This document shows, in pieces, positions 9,441-18,945 of a stretch of 64,000 bases of DNA. This stretch comes from Gemmatimonadota bacterium. Its GTDB lineage: Bacteria > Latescibacterota > UBA2968 > UBA8231. The translations under genes and the position numbers were made by a program. Location: positions 59,161 through 123,160 of the forward strand of contig JAYOYH010000009.1 of the NCBI GenBank assembly GCA_038153405.1, read 5' to 3'. The stretch's first letter is position 1. Every line of letters begins with the position of its first letter. The notes under the pieces are model-generated. The model saw nothing but the letters and a program-made list of their open reading frames with translations, was not told where the DNA came from and ran no database searches.

Positions 9441-10796
9441 ATGAGTGAAAACGCCGCAACACAACCCGGAGTCAGAACAGAGCCTGCATACTGTCATGTG
9501 ATGGCCAAGCCGTCGGGTTCGGTGTGCAATATTGACTGCAAATACTGTTTCTATTTGGAAAAAGAGAAGCTCTATCCGGATGCGCGCAAGAGCTGGCGCA
9601 TGGAAGACGAAACGCTAGAGCTATACGTCAAGCAGTACATCGAAGCGCAGGATGTGCCGGTCGTCAACTTCGCCTGGCAGGGCGGCGAGCCGACGCTGAT
9701 GGGCTTGGACTTCTTTCGCCGCGCCGTCGAACTTCAGCAGCGCTATGCCAACGGCAAGGCCGTTACCAACGCCTTTCAGACCAACGGCATCCTGCTCGAC
9801 GACGAGTGGGGCGCCTTCCTTCATGAGCAGAAATTTCTCGTCGGCCTATCGATTGATGGGCCGCGCGAATTCCACGATCGCTACCGCGTCGACAAGGGAC
9901 AGAAGCCGACCTTTGATCGCGTCTACGCCGGCCTGCAAACGCTCAAGCGCCACGCGGTCGAATTCAATACGCTGACCGTGCTGCAGAACCACAACGCCGA
10001 TCACCCGCTGGAAATCTACCGCTTTCTGCGCGATGAGGGCAGCGGCTTTATGCAGTTTATTCCCATCGTCGAACGCTCGGCCGATCAGCCAGAGGACGAT
10101 GGACTGGAGCTGGTCGATCCGACGTTTGAAGGCAAGGCGCTGGTGACGCGCTGGTCCGTAGGCTCGACTCAATACGGGCGTTTTTTGTGTCGGATCTTCG
10201 ACGAATGGGTGCGCAACGACGTCGGTCGCGTGTTCATACAGATGTATGATACGGCGCTGGGCGCTTGGATGGGTCAGGATCCCAGTCTCTGCATCTTTGC
10301 CCGCACCTGTGGCAAGGCGCTGATTATCGAGCACAACGGCGATCTCTACTCCTGCGACCACTTCGTCTATCCAGACTATAGACTGGGCAATGTGCACGAG
10401 ACATCAATCCGCGATATGGTTGCCAGTCCGCAGCAGGAGAAGTTTGGCAACGACAAGGAAGATGCGCTGCCCCAATACTGCGTCGAGTGCGACTATCGCT
10501 TTGCCTGCAACGGCGGCTGTCCCAAACAGCGCTTCACGCGCACGCCACAGGGGGAAGCCGGCCTGAACTACTTGTGCAAGGGCTACAAGATGTTTTTCTC
10601 GCACGCCGATCCCTACATGCGCTTTATGGCCAACGAAGTGGGGCGTGGGCGACCAGCGGCCAACGTCATGCAGTGGGCGCGACAAATGGATGCGCAAAGG
10701 GATGCTGTGCGCCTGCGCGTCGATCCGGGGCGCAACGATCCGTGTCCATGTGGCAGCGGCAACAAGTATAAGCGGTGCTGTGGCAAGGCCGCTTGA
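9441..10796 (+). CDS. Anaerobic sulfatase maturase (radical SAM/SPASM, AslB/ChuR type) with C-terminal SEC-C motif
   Basis: CNIDCKYCFY, WQGGEPTL, SPASM cysteines (YSCDHFV, CVECDYRFACNGGCPK) and GRNDPCPCGSGNKYKRCC. Confidence 0.95.
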   Translation: MSENAATQPGVRTEPAYCHVMAKPSGSVCNIDCKYCFYLEKEKLYPDARKSWRMEDETLELYVKQYIEAQDVPVVNFAWQGGEPTLMGLDFFRRAVELQQRYANGKAVTNAFQTNGILLDDEWGAFLHEQKFLVGLSIDGPREFHDRYRVDKGQKPTFDRVYAGLQTLKRHAVEFNTLTVLQNHNADHPLEIYRFLRDEGSGFMQFIPIVERSADQPEDDGLELVDPTFEGKALVTRWSVGSTQYGRFLCRIFDEWVRNDVGRVFIQMYDTALGAWMGQDPSLCIFARTCGKALIIEHNGDLYSCDHFVYPDYRLGNVHETSIRDMVASPQQEKFGNDKEDALPQYCVECDYRFACNGGCPKQRFTRTPQGEAGLNYLCKGYKMFFSHADPYMRFMANEVGRGRPAANVMQWARQMDAQRDAVRLRVDPGRNDPCPCGSGNKYKRCCGKAA

Positions 10797-10861
10797 GCCG
10801 AGTCCAGTGCAATGTAACCCGGCCCGACGGGCCTCAGAACGATTTGAACGGGAGTGGGCAA

Positions 10862-11761
10862 ATGATCGATATCCAGTTGCAACCGGAAGAAAACAAGGCG
10901 GTCGTGACAGTCGACGGCGCGCTCTTTACGGAGTATCGCTACGGCCACTATGCGTGCCGGCCCTATTTTTACCCGCTGCACACGCCAGATGGTCAGGGCC
11001 TAACGCGCGCCTATCCGATGGAAGACGTCGAAGGTGAGAACCAGGATCACTACCACCATCGCAGCGTCTATACGGCGCACGGTCTGGTCAACGGCTATAA
11101 CCTGTGGGACGAAGGCACCAACCACGGCGCCATGCTGCAGCGGGGCCAGCCCGTAGTCGGCGTCGTCGATGGCGTTGCGCAGATCGATGGCATCGTCGAC
11201 TGGTACGGTCCAGAAGGTCAGAAACTGCTGGAAGAGCGGCGGAGTATTTCCATTCGCGTCGATGGCCAACTGCGCATTATCGATCAGCGCAGTGCGTTTC
11301 GCGCCGTTTACGGCGATGTGACCTTTGGCGATACGAAAGAGGGCGGACTTTACTCCATTCGCGTGCCGACATCGATGGACGCCAAAGACCATGGGCGCAT
11401 CGAAAACGCCGAGGGCCAGGTGTTTGAAAACGGCGAAGGCAAGGAAGAAACGTGGGGTGTGCAGGCGGCTTGGGTCGACTATTCGGGGCCGCTGGCCAGC
11501 GGACAGCAGTGGGGCCACACCGTCGTCGACCACAAGGATAATCCGCTTTTCCCCACCTATTGGCACGTGCGCGGTTACGGACTGTTTACCGCTAATCCCT
11601 TTGGCGTGCACGATTTCAAGAGCGACGACAGCATCGATGCCAGCTGGACGATTCCCGGCGGTCAGCAGCGCGTCTTCCGCTTTCGCCACATCGTGCATCC
11701 GGGTCGCGGTGTCGATGGGCACGCCGCGGTCAGAGCGCATATCGCGGCATTCCAGCAATAG
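10862..11761 (+). CDS. DUF6807 / 'PmoA family' sugar-isomerase-like protein
   Basis: RPYFYPL..P.G..LTRAYP, DHYHHRS, FGDTKEGG and WHVRGYGLFTANPFG; RBS GGGAG before ATG 10862. Confidence 0.75.
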   Translation: MIDIQLQPEENKAVVTVDGALFTEYRYGHYACRPYFYPLHTPDGQGLTRAYPMEDVEGENQDHYHHRSVYTAHGLVNGYNLWDEGTNHGAMLQRGQPVVGVVDGVAQIDGIVDWYGPEGQKLLEERRSISIRVDGQLRIIDQRSAFRAVYGDVTFGDTKEGGLYSIRVPTSMDAKDHGRIENAEGQVFENGEGKEETWGVQAAWVDYSGPLASGQQWGHTVVDHKDNPLFPTYWHVRGYGLFTANPFGVHDFKSDDSIDASWTIPGGQQRVFRFRHIVHPGRGVDGHAAVRAHIAAFQQ

Positions 11762-11962
11762 GTCTCCGCTCAGTCTGCAGGAGGCGCGTAGCTTGTTGAC
11801 TACGCGCCCCCATCGCATATGCAGCACGCGTGTGGCGGCGCTGGCTGCCAGCTAACAATGCGCCTCTCTTGCCGCCAGCGCAAAGCCCGTTAACTTATCT
11901 GCTACACTGCATTACACACCATAACTAGCTAACTCAGCTACCAGCACGAAAAAAGGGGAAAA

Positions 11963-13009
11963 ATGGGCAAGAAAAAACTGCGCGTTGCCTTTATTGGCGC
12001 CGGCGGTATTGCCGGAGCGCACATGCGCTATTTCAAGGATATGGACGACGTCGAAATGGTGGCCGCATCCGACGTGGTAGCCGATAGTGTGCAGCGGCGC
12101 TGCGAGGAGTTTGGCATCGGCGAAGCGTTTACTGACTACAAGAAGATGCTGAAGACCGTCAAACCCGATGCCGTAAGCGTTTGCACGCCCAATGGCCTGC
12201 ACGCCCCCTGCTCAATTGCCGCACTCAATGCCGGTGCCCATGTCATCGTCGAGAAGCCGCTGGCGATGAACGCGCGCGAGGGGCAGAAGATGCTCGATGC
12301 GGCCAAGAAAAATCGCCGTAAACTCGTCATCGGCTTTCAGTATCGCTTTGATTCCAAAACAGCTTTTGTCAAAAATGCCGTCGATAGGGGCCAAATGGGC
12401 AAGGTCGTCTACGCTCGCGTGCATGCCCTGCGTCGCCGCGGTATCCCCAATTGGGGCGTCTTTGGCCGCAAGGACCTGCAGGGTGGTGGGCCGATGATCG
12501 ACATTGGCGTACACGCCCTAGAAATGACGCACTTCGTCATGGGTTCGCCCAAGCCGGTGGCGGCCAGCGGCAGCACCTACACCTATTTGGGAGACAAGAA
12601 GTCCGACGTGGTTTCGCAGTGGCCCAACTGGGATTACAAGACCTACACCGTTGAAGACCTGGCCGTTGGTTTAATTCGCTTTGACAACGGCGCGACGCTA
12701 CACTTAGAAGCCAGTTTCGCCGCCCATATCGAAAAAAACGCTTGGAATTTCACTATCATGGGTGAGAAGGGCGGTGCATCGTGGGATCCACCTGGCCTGT
12801 TCAGCGACGAGAACAACTACATGGTTAACACGGAACCCAACTGGCTGCCGAATACGGACGCGTTTGCAGCGAAGATGCGCAACTTCGTCGATCACGTTCT
12901 GTACAACCAGCCGACCATGGCGCCGGGCGAGCACGGCCTGATGGTGCAGAAGATGCTCGACGGCATCTACGAGTCGGCCGCCAAGGGTAGGGAAATCGCT
13001 ATTAAATAA
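11963..13009 (+). CDS. Gfo/Idh/MocA family oxidoreductase
   Basis: IGAGGIA, EKPLA and GGGPMIDIGVH. Confidence 0.93.
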   Translation: MGKKKLRVAFIGAGGIAGAHMRYFKDMDDVEMVAASDVVADSVQRRCEEFGIGEAFTDYKKMLKTVKPDAVSVCTPNGLHAPCSIAALNAGAHVIVEKPLAMNAREGQKMLDAAKKNRRKLVIGFQYRFDSKTAFVKNAVDRGQMGKVVYARVHALRRRGIPNWGVFGRKDLQGGGPMIDIGVHALEMTHFVMGSPKPVAASGSTYTYLGDKKSDVVSQWPNWDYKTYTVEDLAVGLIRFDNGATLHLEASFAAHIEKNAWNFTIMGEKGGASWDPPGLFSDENNYMVNTEPNWLPNTDAFAAKMRNFVDHVLYNQPTMAPGEHGLMVQKMLDGIYESAAKGREIAIK

Positions 13010-13029
13010 GAGGCCGTCTGTCGATTCGG

Positions 13030-13060
13030 GAACCGGCTCCAGAGCGGGGCCGGTTCTTTC
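13030..13060 (+). terminator. Intrinsic terminator after the Gfo/Idh/MocA gene
   Basis: GAACCGGCTCC-agagc-GGGGCCGGTTC-TTTC. Confidence 0.7.
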
Positions 13061-13133
13061 TGATCGAGCTCGATCACTGTTTATAGTTTATTTTTTTGCA
13101 TTGAGTCCGATAAGATAAGGCAGGAGGAAACCC

Positions 13134-13610
13134 GTGATGAGTATACAAAAGACAGTGAAGTTCCTGCTCTGCTGCGCACTGTTTACGAGTGCTGCAGTCT
13201 GGGCAGAAGATGAGCAAAGTGGCGAAGGACGCATCGAGTATCGCGAAAAGGTAATGAAAGTCCTGGCGGCTCAGTCGGGTGCCGTTGGCGATATTCTCAA
13301 ATACAAGCTGTCCTACGGCGGCGATATCCTCGTGCACGCCAAGGGCCTGCAGGCGGCTAGCAAACTAGTGATGCCCTCGTTCAAGGCCAAGGCGATGAAA
13401 GACGGGGGCGGCGCCCGTGCGGAAATCTGGGAGAAGTGGGAAGAATACGTCGCGGCAGCGAAGGTGCTCGAGGATGCTACCAATGAGTTGGTAGTCGCTG
13501 CTGAGAAGGGAGATATGAAGGCGGTCGGCGCGGCGATGCGCGCCGTCGGTGGGTCCTGCGGCAACTGCCACAGGCCATTTCGCAACAAACACGATCACCA
13601 CGATCACTAG
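13134..13610 (+). CDS. Cytochrome c' / c556 (class II cytochrome c), periplasmic
   Basis: Signal peptide, IEYREKVM, ARAEIWEKWEEY and C-terminal CGNCH; RBS AGGAGG. Confidence 0.9.
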   Translation: MMSIQKTVKFLLCCALFTSAAVWAEDEQSGEGRIEYREKVMKVLAAQSGAVGDILKYKLSYGGDILVHAKGLQAASKLVMPSFKAKAMKDGGGARAEIWEKWEEYVAAAKVLEDATNELVVAAEKGDMKAVGAAMRAVGGSCGNCHRPFRNKHDHHDH

Positions 13611-13689
13611 TCCACATGCTCTAAACGGCGCGTGGGCATATAGTATGAGGAGCGCGGGGTAGATTGCATACAGCCCCGCGCTTTTGCGT

Positions 13690-14580
13690 ATGAAGCGAAT
13701 ACGCCGTATGGTCCTTTGGGGGCTATGGGGTCTGTATACAGCGGCGGCCCAGGCCCAGTCGCCCATTGAGCGCGGCGAGTATCTGTTTCGCGCTAGCGGC
13801 GGCTGTAGTTGCCATACCGACTTGGCCAATGGCGGTGCGTTTATGGCCGGCGGCCGCGCGATCGCAACGCCGTTTGGCTCCATTTATTCCACCAATATTA
13901 CGCCAGACGCCGAGACGGGTATCGGTCGCTGGAGCGATGCCGATTTTGTGCGCGCCATGCGCGAGGGGATTGCGCCAGATGGCTCGCACTACTATCCGGT
14001 TTTTCCCTACACGTCCTTTGCGCGCATGCGCGAACGCGACGTTCTCGACTTAAAGGCTTATTTGTTTAGCCTACCAGCAGTCAGCAAAGAAAATCGCGCA
14101 AACGAATTGCCGCCGCCTTTTAGCTGGCGCTTTGTGCTCTCGCTGTGGAAAGCGCTGCATTTTTCCGCGGGCGAGCACCAGGCCGATGCCAGCCAGTCGG
14201 CACAGTGGAATCGCGGTGCCTACTTGGTCGAAGCGCTGGCGCACTGTGCGGAGTGCCACACGCCGCGGACGGCAACGGGAGGCCTACTAGGCGATATGGC
14301 TTTTGCCGGCTCGGTCGAGGGGCCGGAGGGCGAATGGGCGCCGAATATTACGCCGGATAGCACTACGGGCGTGGGGACGTGGAGCAAACCGGATATGACC
14401 TGGTATCTGCAGACCGGCCTAGAGCCAGACGGCGATTCGGCACAGGGGCTGATGTGGGAAGTTATCGAGCAGGGCTATCAGCACCTCAGCGAAGAAGATC
14501 TCGGCGCCATAGCCACGTACTTGCAATCCCTCAACTCCATTGAGAACGCCTTGGGCAAAGAGCGGGCTGCGGCCGATTAA
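13690..14580 (+). CDS. Diheme cytochrome c (alcohol/fructose dehydrogenase cytochrome-subunit-like), first heme motif contracted to CxCH
   Basis: ERGEYL, CSCH, TPFGSIYSTNITPD..TGIG.WS, YYPVFPY, RGAYLVEALAHCAECHTPR and APNITP. Confidence 0.9.
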   Translation: MKRIRRMVLWGLWGLYTAAAQAQSPIERGEYLFRASGGCSCHTDLANGGAFMAGGRAIATPFGSIYSTNITPDAETGIGRWSDADFVRAMREGIAPDGSHYYPVFPYTSFARMRERDVLDLKAYLFSLPAVSKENRANELPPPFSWRFVLSLWKALHFSAGEHQADASQSAQWNRGAYLVEALAHCAECHTPRTATGGLLGDMAFAGSVEGPEGEWAPNITPDSTTGVGTWSKPDMTWYLQTGLEPDGDSAQGLMWEVIEQGYQHLSEEDLGAIATYLQSLNSIENALGKERAAAD

Positions 14581-14860
14581 CGGGAAGCACTCCGCTGCGC
14601 ACGTACTGCGTCTCGCGCAATTCTGGCGCGTAGCGACTTGGCCCCAGCAGCTGCGGCAGCGCCGCGTCGTCCTCATCGGTTCCGGCCAGGTCAAACTGGT
14701 CGCCCCTATCCCAACCCATTCGCTCGGCAAAGAGGCGGTCGTATATGAGGCGGAGCCGCTCGACTTCTTCGCCGGCGATAAGCGCGTTGAGGGCGAGAAA
14801 GCCATCGCGGTGGAATTGTTCGATCTGACCTTGGGTCAGTTCGGTAGTAAGTGCACTCAT
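14531..14860 (-). pseudogene. Truncated phytanoyl-CoA dioxygenase (PhyH) family gene, N-terminal ~90 aa only
   Basis: LTQGQIEQFHRDGFL...EEVERLR is a typical PhyH N-terminus; ATGA overlap with the upstream gene; no HxD...H triad before the frame runs into the opposite-strand cytochrome gene. Confidence 0.7.
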
Positions 14861-15633
14861 TGCCATTCCCCCAAGATGGCGCGCACGAGGGCTAAGCTAT
14901 TGCTGAGCGCGGCGACCGGGTCGGGTAGGGTGGGATGGAGTTCTAAGCTAATGGGGCCCGTGTAGGCACTCTCGTCGAGGGCTAGGAGGAGGTCGCGCAG
15001 CGCGGTGCGGGTTAGCACGCCGTCGCCCAGCGCCCAGTGCAGGTCGCTGCGGCCGTCGTTGTCGTCGAGGTGCACGTAGCCAAGGCGTCTGCCTGCTCGG
15101 GCAATGACGGCGGCAGGATCTTCACCGGAAATCTGCAGGTGCCCGCTGTCCATTAGCAGGTAGAGGTTGTCGTGGGCGAGGGCTTCCAAATAGTCGAGCG
15201 TGCCGGCCGCCGTCGGCAGCGCTTTGCCGGGAAAGTGCTCGACGCCGAGCGCAATATGGCGCGCGGCGGCCATATCGGCGATTGCGACCAGGCTTTCGCC
15301 AAAATAGCCGAGCAGGTCGCTGTCGTCGCCCGGCACGACGTAGGCCGTGTCGATTTGGCTGTTGGCGGCTTGATCGAGACCTCGCTCCACGTGATCAATG
15401 GAGCGCTGGCGTGCGGTGGCATCGCCGCTGTCGAGCGCGGCTCCTGCATCCATATTGAACGACAGGCCCACGCAGCGCATGCGCATACCGAGCGCATTGA
15501 CCCGCGCTCGCACAGAGGAACTGGTATAGGTCTGCGCCTGCACGTCGAGTTGGGCAAAGCCCAAGTCGGCGAGGCGTTGCAGTGCCTCTTCTTCGGGAGA
15601 GGGCAGGGCCCAGGCACAACAGGAGATATCCAT
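14857..15633 (-). CDS. Sugar phosphate isomerase/epimerase (xylose-isomerase-like TIM barrel)
   Basis: Metal ligands in LGVEH, MDSGH, YVHLDDNDG..DLH..LGDG and ISLE. Confidence 0.88.
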   Translation of the reverse strand: MDISCCAWALPSPEEEALQRLADLGFAQLDVQAQTYTSSSVRARVNALGMRMRCVGLSFNMDAGAALDSGDATARQRSIDHVERGLDQAANSQIDTAYVVPGDDSDLLGYFGESLVAIADMAAARHIALGVEHFPGKALPTAAGTLDYLEALAHDNLYLLMDSGHLQISGEDPAAVIARAGRRLGYVHLDDNDGRSDLHWALGDGVLTRTALRDLLLALDESAYTGPISLELHPTLPDPVAALSNSLALVRAILGEWQ

Positions 15634-15645
15634 GGTAGACCTTTC

Positions 15646-16446
15646 TTACTGGCCGCAGTCGATGCGTCCAAAGCAAAAGCGCCGCGTCTTTTTGACGATG
15701 GCAAAGCCAAGCGCTTCGAGCGTGCGTCCCGGCATGGAGTCTTTCATTAGCACGGCTCGGCGCGCCACGCGCACGGCTTGGTCGATATCGCTCGACTGCG
15801 GTGTGCCCGGTTCGGCGAAGGTGCGCACCAAGTCTAGCCCGTTGGACGCGGTGACGGTTTGGCAAAACATAGGATCGAAATAGACTACGTCAAAAGAGGC
15901 ATCGGCGCAGGTCGGCAGGATGTCCTGATAGTGAGCGTTAGAAACCCGCACGCGGCGCATTGCGTTGGTGACGGCCGTATGCACGGGATGCTGGTAGGTT
16001 TGCATGCCGCGGCGAGTTAGCAGAGCCAGCAGCGGCGACGCTTCGAGCGCGTGGACTTCGCCGTCGACTCCGACTGCGTGGGCGGCGGCAATGGCGTCGG
16101 AGCCCAGTCCGCAGGTGCAGTCGAGCAGGCGATCGCCCGGCGCTAGCTGTGCGAGGTCGACGAGCGTGTCGCGGCGGCCGCGCAGCAGATTGACGATGCG
16201 CAGCACGGCCGCGTTCGGGTGATGCTGGAGGCGCGCCTGGCCGACGTGGACGACTAAACGGCAGCGGCCGACCACGATGAGCGCATCGACGTGCAGTGCC
16301 TGCACGGCATCTTCGAGCCGGCCTTCGGGGCGCGGCCAATAGGGACAGGCCATTTCCGCGGCAATGGCCAAGGCCTGCTGGCGCAGCGCTTCATCGGCAC
16401 GAGCGCTGCAGGTAACGGCTAGCGTGGGCATATCAGACAGAGGCAT
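15646..16446 (-). CDS. Class I SAM-dependent methyltransferase, RsmJ-like
   Basis: LDCTCGLGSDA SAM motif and FDVVYFDPMF; start either 16446 or 16431. Confidence 0.82.
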   Translation of the reverse strand: MPLSDMPTLAVTCSARADEALRQQALAIAAEMACPYWPRPEGRLEDAVQALHVDALIVVGRCRLVVHVGQARLQHHPNAAVLRIVNLLRGRRDTLVDLAQLAPGDRLLDCTCGLGSDAIAAAHAVGVDGEVHALEASPLLALLTRRGMQTYQHPVHTAVTNAMRRVRVSNAHYQDILPTCADASFDVVYFDPMFCQTVTASNGLDLVRTFAEPGTPQSSDIDQAVRVARRAVLMKDSMPGRTLEALGFAIVKKTRRFCFGRIDCGQ

Positions 16447-16643
16447 AGCATCTTTTGGGGTGCGCGCAGCGAGAGAAAACAGGTATAAAAGTTTCGCTAT
16501 TGCCGGATGCACCGGCAAATGCAATGGCCATCTCAGCTCTCTTTGCAAAAGCGGGAGGCGCGTTGATATTTACGTATAGTGCACGTGTCGTGCACGGGAA
16601 AAATCGGCCGCGCGCTGGCATGCGGCTAAATAGGGGATTGAGG

Positions 16644-17951
16644 ATGAGATACGGCATCGCCTTTTGTGCACTATTCCTGCTGGCCTGCGGCGGGGCCGAT
16701 GCGCCAACCGTGCGCTCGGTCGACCTAGAACAGGTCGACCCGACAGGTCAGCAGGTGACGTTCTGGTACCAGCACACGCTCCAACGCGAGGAATTGCTCA
16801 AGCAGATGTTGGCTGAGTATACGGCTACCAATCCGCACGGGATCGAGGTGCGCGGCGAGTATGCGGGGAATTATCGAGATATCTTTAACAAAATGCTGGT
16901 CGGCATGCAGGGGGGCGTGCTGCCCGACCTGGTCGTCGCCTACAACAACCAAGCCTACACCTACTATAGCAACGGCGGTGCAATTGATTTAGTGCCGTAT
17001 ATGGATTCGCCCCAATGGGGTCTGAGCGCGTCTGCGCGCGCCGATTATTTCCCTTCGTTTTTGCGCGAGGATAATTTTGACGGCGCTCAGGTCGCGCTAA
17101 CGCCCAACCGCTCGTTAGAAGTCATGTACTACAACGTCGACTGGCTGCGTGAAATGGGCTATGCGCAGCCGCCTGAGCGCTGGGAGGACTTTGCCGAGAT
17201 GTGCCGCCGCGCGCGCAATCGGCCCTTCAGCGGACGAGTCAACGAGGGCCAGAGCACGGGATTTATGCTCGACGACGACGCCAGTCAACTCGCCTCGCTG
17301 GTGTTTAGTCGCGGCGGGCGCTTTATGGATGAGGCGCGTTTGGCCTATCGCTTTAATGGAGACGAAGTGCGCGCTTCGCTGGAACTGGTGCGCCAGCTCA
17401 AACGCGAAGGAGCGGCCGCCTTGAAGATTGACGAAGGCGCAGATATGGCGGGTTTTGCCACCGGCAATGTACTGTGTTTTCTCGCCTCTTCGACCGGCAT
17501 ACCCTATGTGAAGAATGCCGTCGATGCCGGCGCGCGCTTTACTTGGGTGCTGGCCCCACCGCCGCGCACAGTAGCCGATCCAGTAGTCAATATTTATGGG
17601 GCCAGCATCGCCCTGGCTAAATCGACGCCGGAGCGCCAACTGGCGTCCTGGCTTTTTCTCAAGTGGTTTACCGAACCGGCACAGCAGGCGCGCTGGGTAG
17701 AGGTCAGCGGCTATTTTCCGGTGCGGCGCAGCACCGCCGAGTCGCTCGCAGCGTATATGCAGTCCAACCCAGAATATGCCAGAGCCTATGGTTGGCTAGA
17801 CAATGCACAGGCCGAGCCGGGGGTTATGGGCTACGAGCGCGTGCGGAGGTTGGTGGCGCAGATGATGGTTAGCGTGCTGGAGGACGGCGATCTAACCGCC
17901 GAACTGGTCGATCTCGACGAGAAGGCCAATGCGACGTTGAGCGAGTTCTAA
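16644..17951 (+). CDS. ABC transporter substrate-binding lipoprotein (family 1, UgpB/sugar type)
   Basis: Lipobox LLAC, VTFWYQH, MYYNVDWL, P.RWEDF and WLFLKWF...QARW...SGYFPVR. Confidence 0.88.
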   Translation: MRYGIAFCALFLLACGGADAPTVRSVDLEQVDPTGQQVTFWYQHTLQREELLKQMLAEYTATNPHGIEVRGEYAGNYRDIFNKMLVGMQGGVLPDLVVAYNNQAYTYYSNGGAIDLVPYMDSPQWGLSASARADYFPSFLREDNFDGAQVALTPNRSLEVMYYNVDWLREMGYAQPPERWEDFAEMCRRARNRPFSGRVNEGQSTGFMLDDDASQLASLVFSRGGRFMDEARLAYRFNGDEVRASLELVRQLKREGAAALKIDEGADMAGFATGNVLCFLASSTGIPYVKNAVDAGARFTWVLAPPPRTVADPVVNIYGASIALAKSTPERQLASWLFLKWFTEPAQQARWVEVSGYFPVRRSTAESLAAYMQSNPEYARAYGWLDNAQAEPGVMGYERVRRLVAQMMVSVLEDGDLTAELVDLDEKANATLSEF

Positions 17952-17983
17952 AGGGCAACGCGGCCGATATGCGGCCCGCCGTA

Positions 17984-18838
17984 TCAGCGCATATGCGGTG
18001 GGGGGACCGACCCTTGGTACACGTAGTTGATGGGCGGCTCGACAAAGGTCGCGCGCGTGGTTAGAACGGGGTGGTCAAAGAATGGTTCGCAGCCTCTTTC
18101 AAAGCGCGTGCCGCCGCGGAACCACGGTTTGGCGTGGCCCATGGCAATCATCGTACGCGCTCGGTCGCTTTCGTTGGGCATACCGCCGTGCCACAGCCGC
18201 ACGTCGCGGATGACGATATCGCCCTTCTGCGAACACATGCGCTCTGGCGGTCGCCGATGCGCCCACTCGTCGAGCTGGGCCTGCTGGGGATATTTATCGT
18301 CGAGCGCGGTGCGCGGATCGGCATGCGTGCCCGGGTAGTAGAGGGTGGCACCGTTGTCTTCAGTCACGCCAACCAGCGGCACGTTAACGACTAGTGCGTA
18401 GGCCGGCGTGCTGCGCGATAAGCCGCTCCACAGGTGGGCAACGTCGGCATGTATGCGCTGTGGCGCGGAGCCAGGAAACGCGGTATTGGCATTATAGCCG
18501 ATGTTGCCAACGCCGTCGCCTAGGACGGCGTGTGTGACCTGAATGACCAGCTCGTTGAGCAGAATATCTCTGAATAAATAGGGGCGAAAGGGCGGTGGGT
18601 TGAGGCCTTGGTAGTTCCGTTCGACGCTGTGGCGGCGCTGGAAATAGGCTAGGTCGTCGGCCATGCGCGCATCGAGCAGGTCGAGATGCGCATGCGCAAC
18701 GATATCGGGTAACAGCACGAGGCCATCGTCCGCTAAGGCGCTGACGGCTTGGCGCAGATGGACGTCCGTCATGCGTCCGGACCGGCGCTCGAAATCGGTG
18801 AGGTCGATGCGTATCACGTCGTGCTCCCATGCGCTCAA
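17984..18838 (-). CDS. Fe(II)/2-oxoglutarate dioxygenase, PhyH family (KanJ-like)
   Basis: HAD and LWHGG iron triad, NGAT..YPGTH and R in NESDRAR. Confidence 0.88.
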   Translation of the reverse strand: MSAWEHDVIRIDLTDFERRSGRMTDVHLRQAVSALADDGLVLLPDIVAHAHLDLLDARMADDLAYFQRRHSVERNYQGLNPPPFRPYLFRDILLNELVIQVTHAVLGDGVGNIGYNANTAFPGSAPQRIHADVAHLWSGLSRSTPAYALVVNVPLVGVTEDNGATLYYPGTHADPRTALDDKYPQQAQLDEWAHRRPPERMCSQKGDIVIRDVRLWHGGMPNESDRARTMIAMGHAKPWFRGGTRFERGCEPFFDHPVLTTRATFVEPPINYVYQGSVPPPHMR

Positions 18839-18945
18839 TAAGAAGATGTTCTAACTAGCGCGCATCGGACTGCACGCGCAAATGGGTGCGGCGTTTCAGG
18901 TAGAGCATACCGATCCCATTGGTCGGCGGGAGTGCGCGTCGGTCT

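Noticed and set aside
10862..11761. 'PmoA family' label suggesting methane oxidation
   Set aside because: The protein is soluble, with no pmoB/pmoC neighbours; the family name does not imply methane monooxygenase activity.
13585..13610. HDHHDH tail on cytochrome c'
   Set aside because: Too short to support a metal-binding claim without evidence of conservation.
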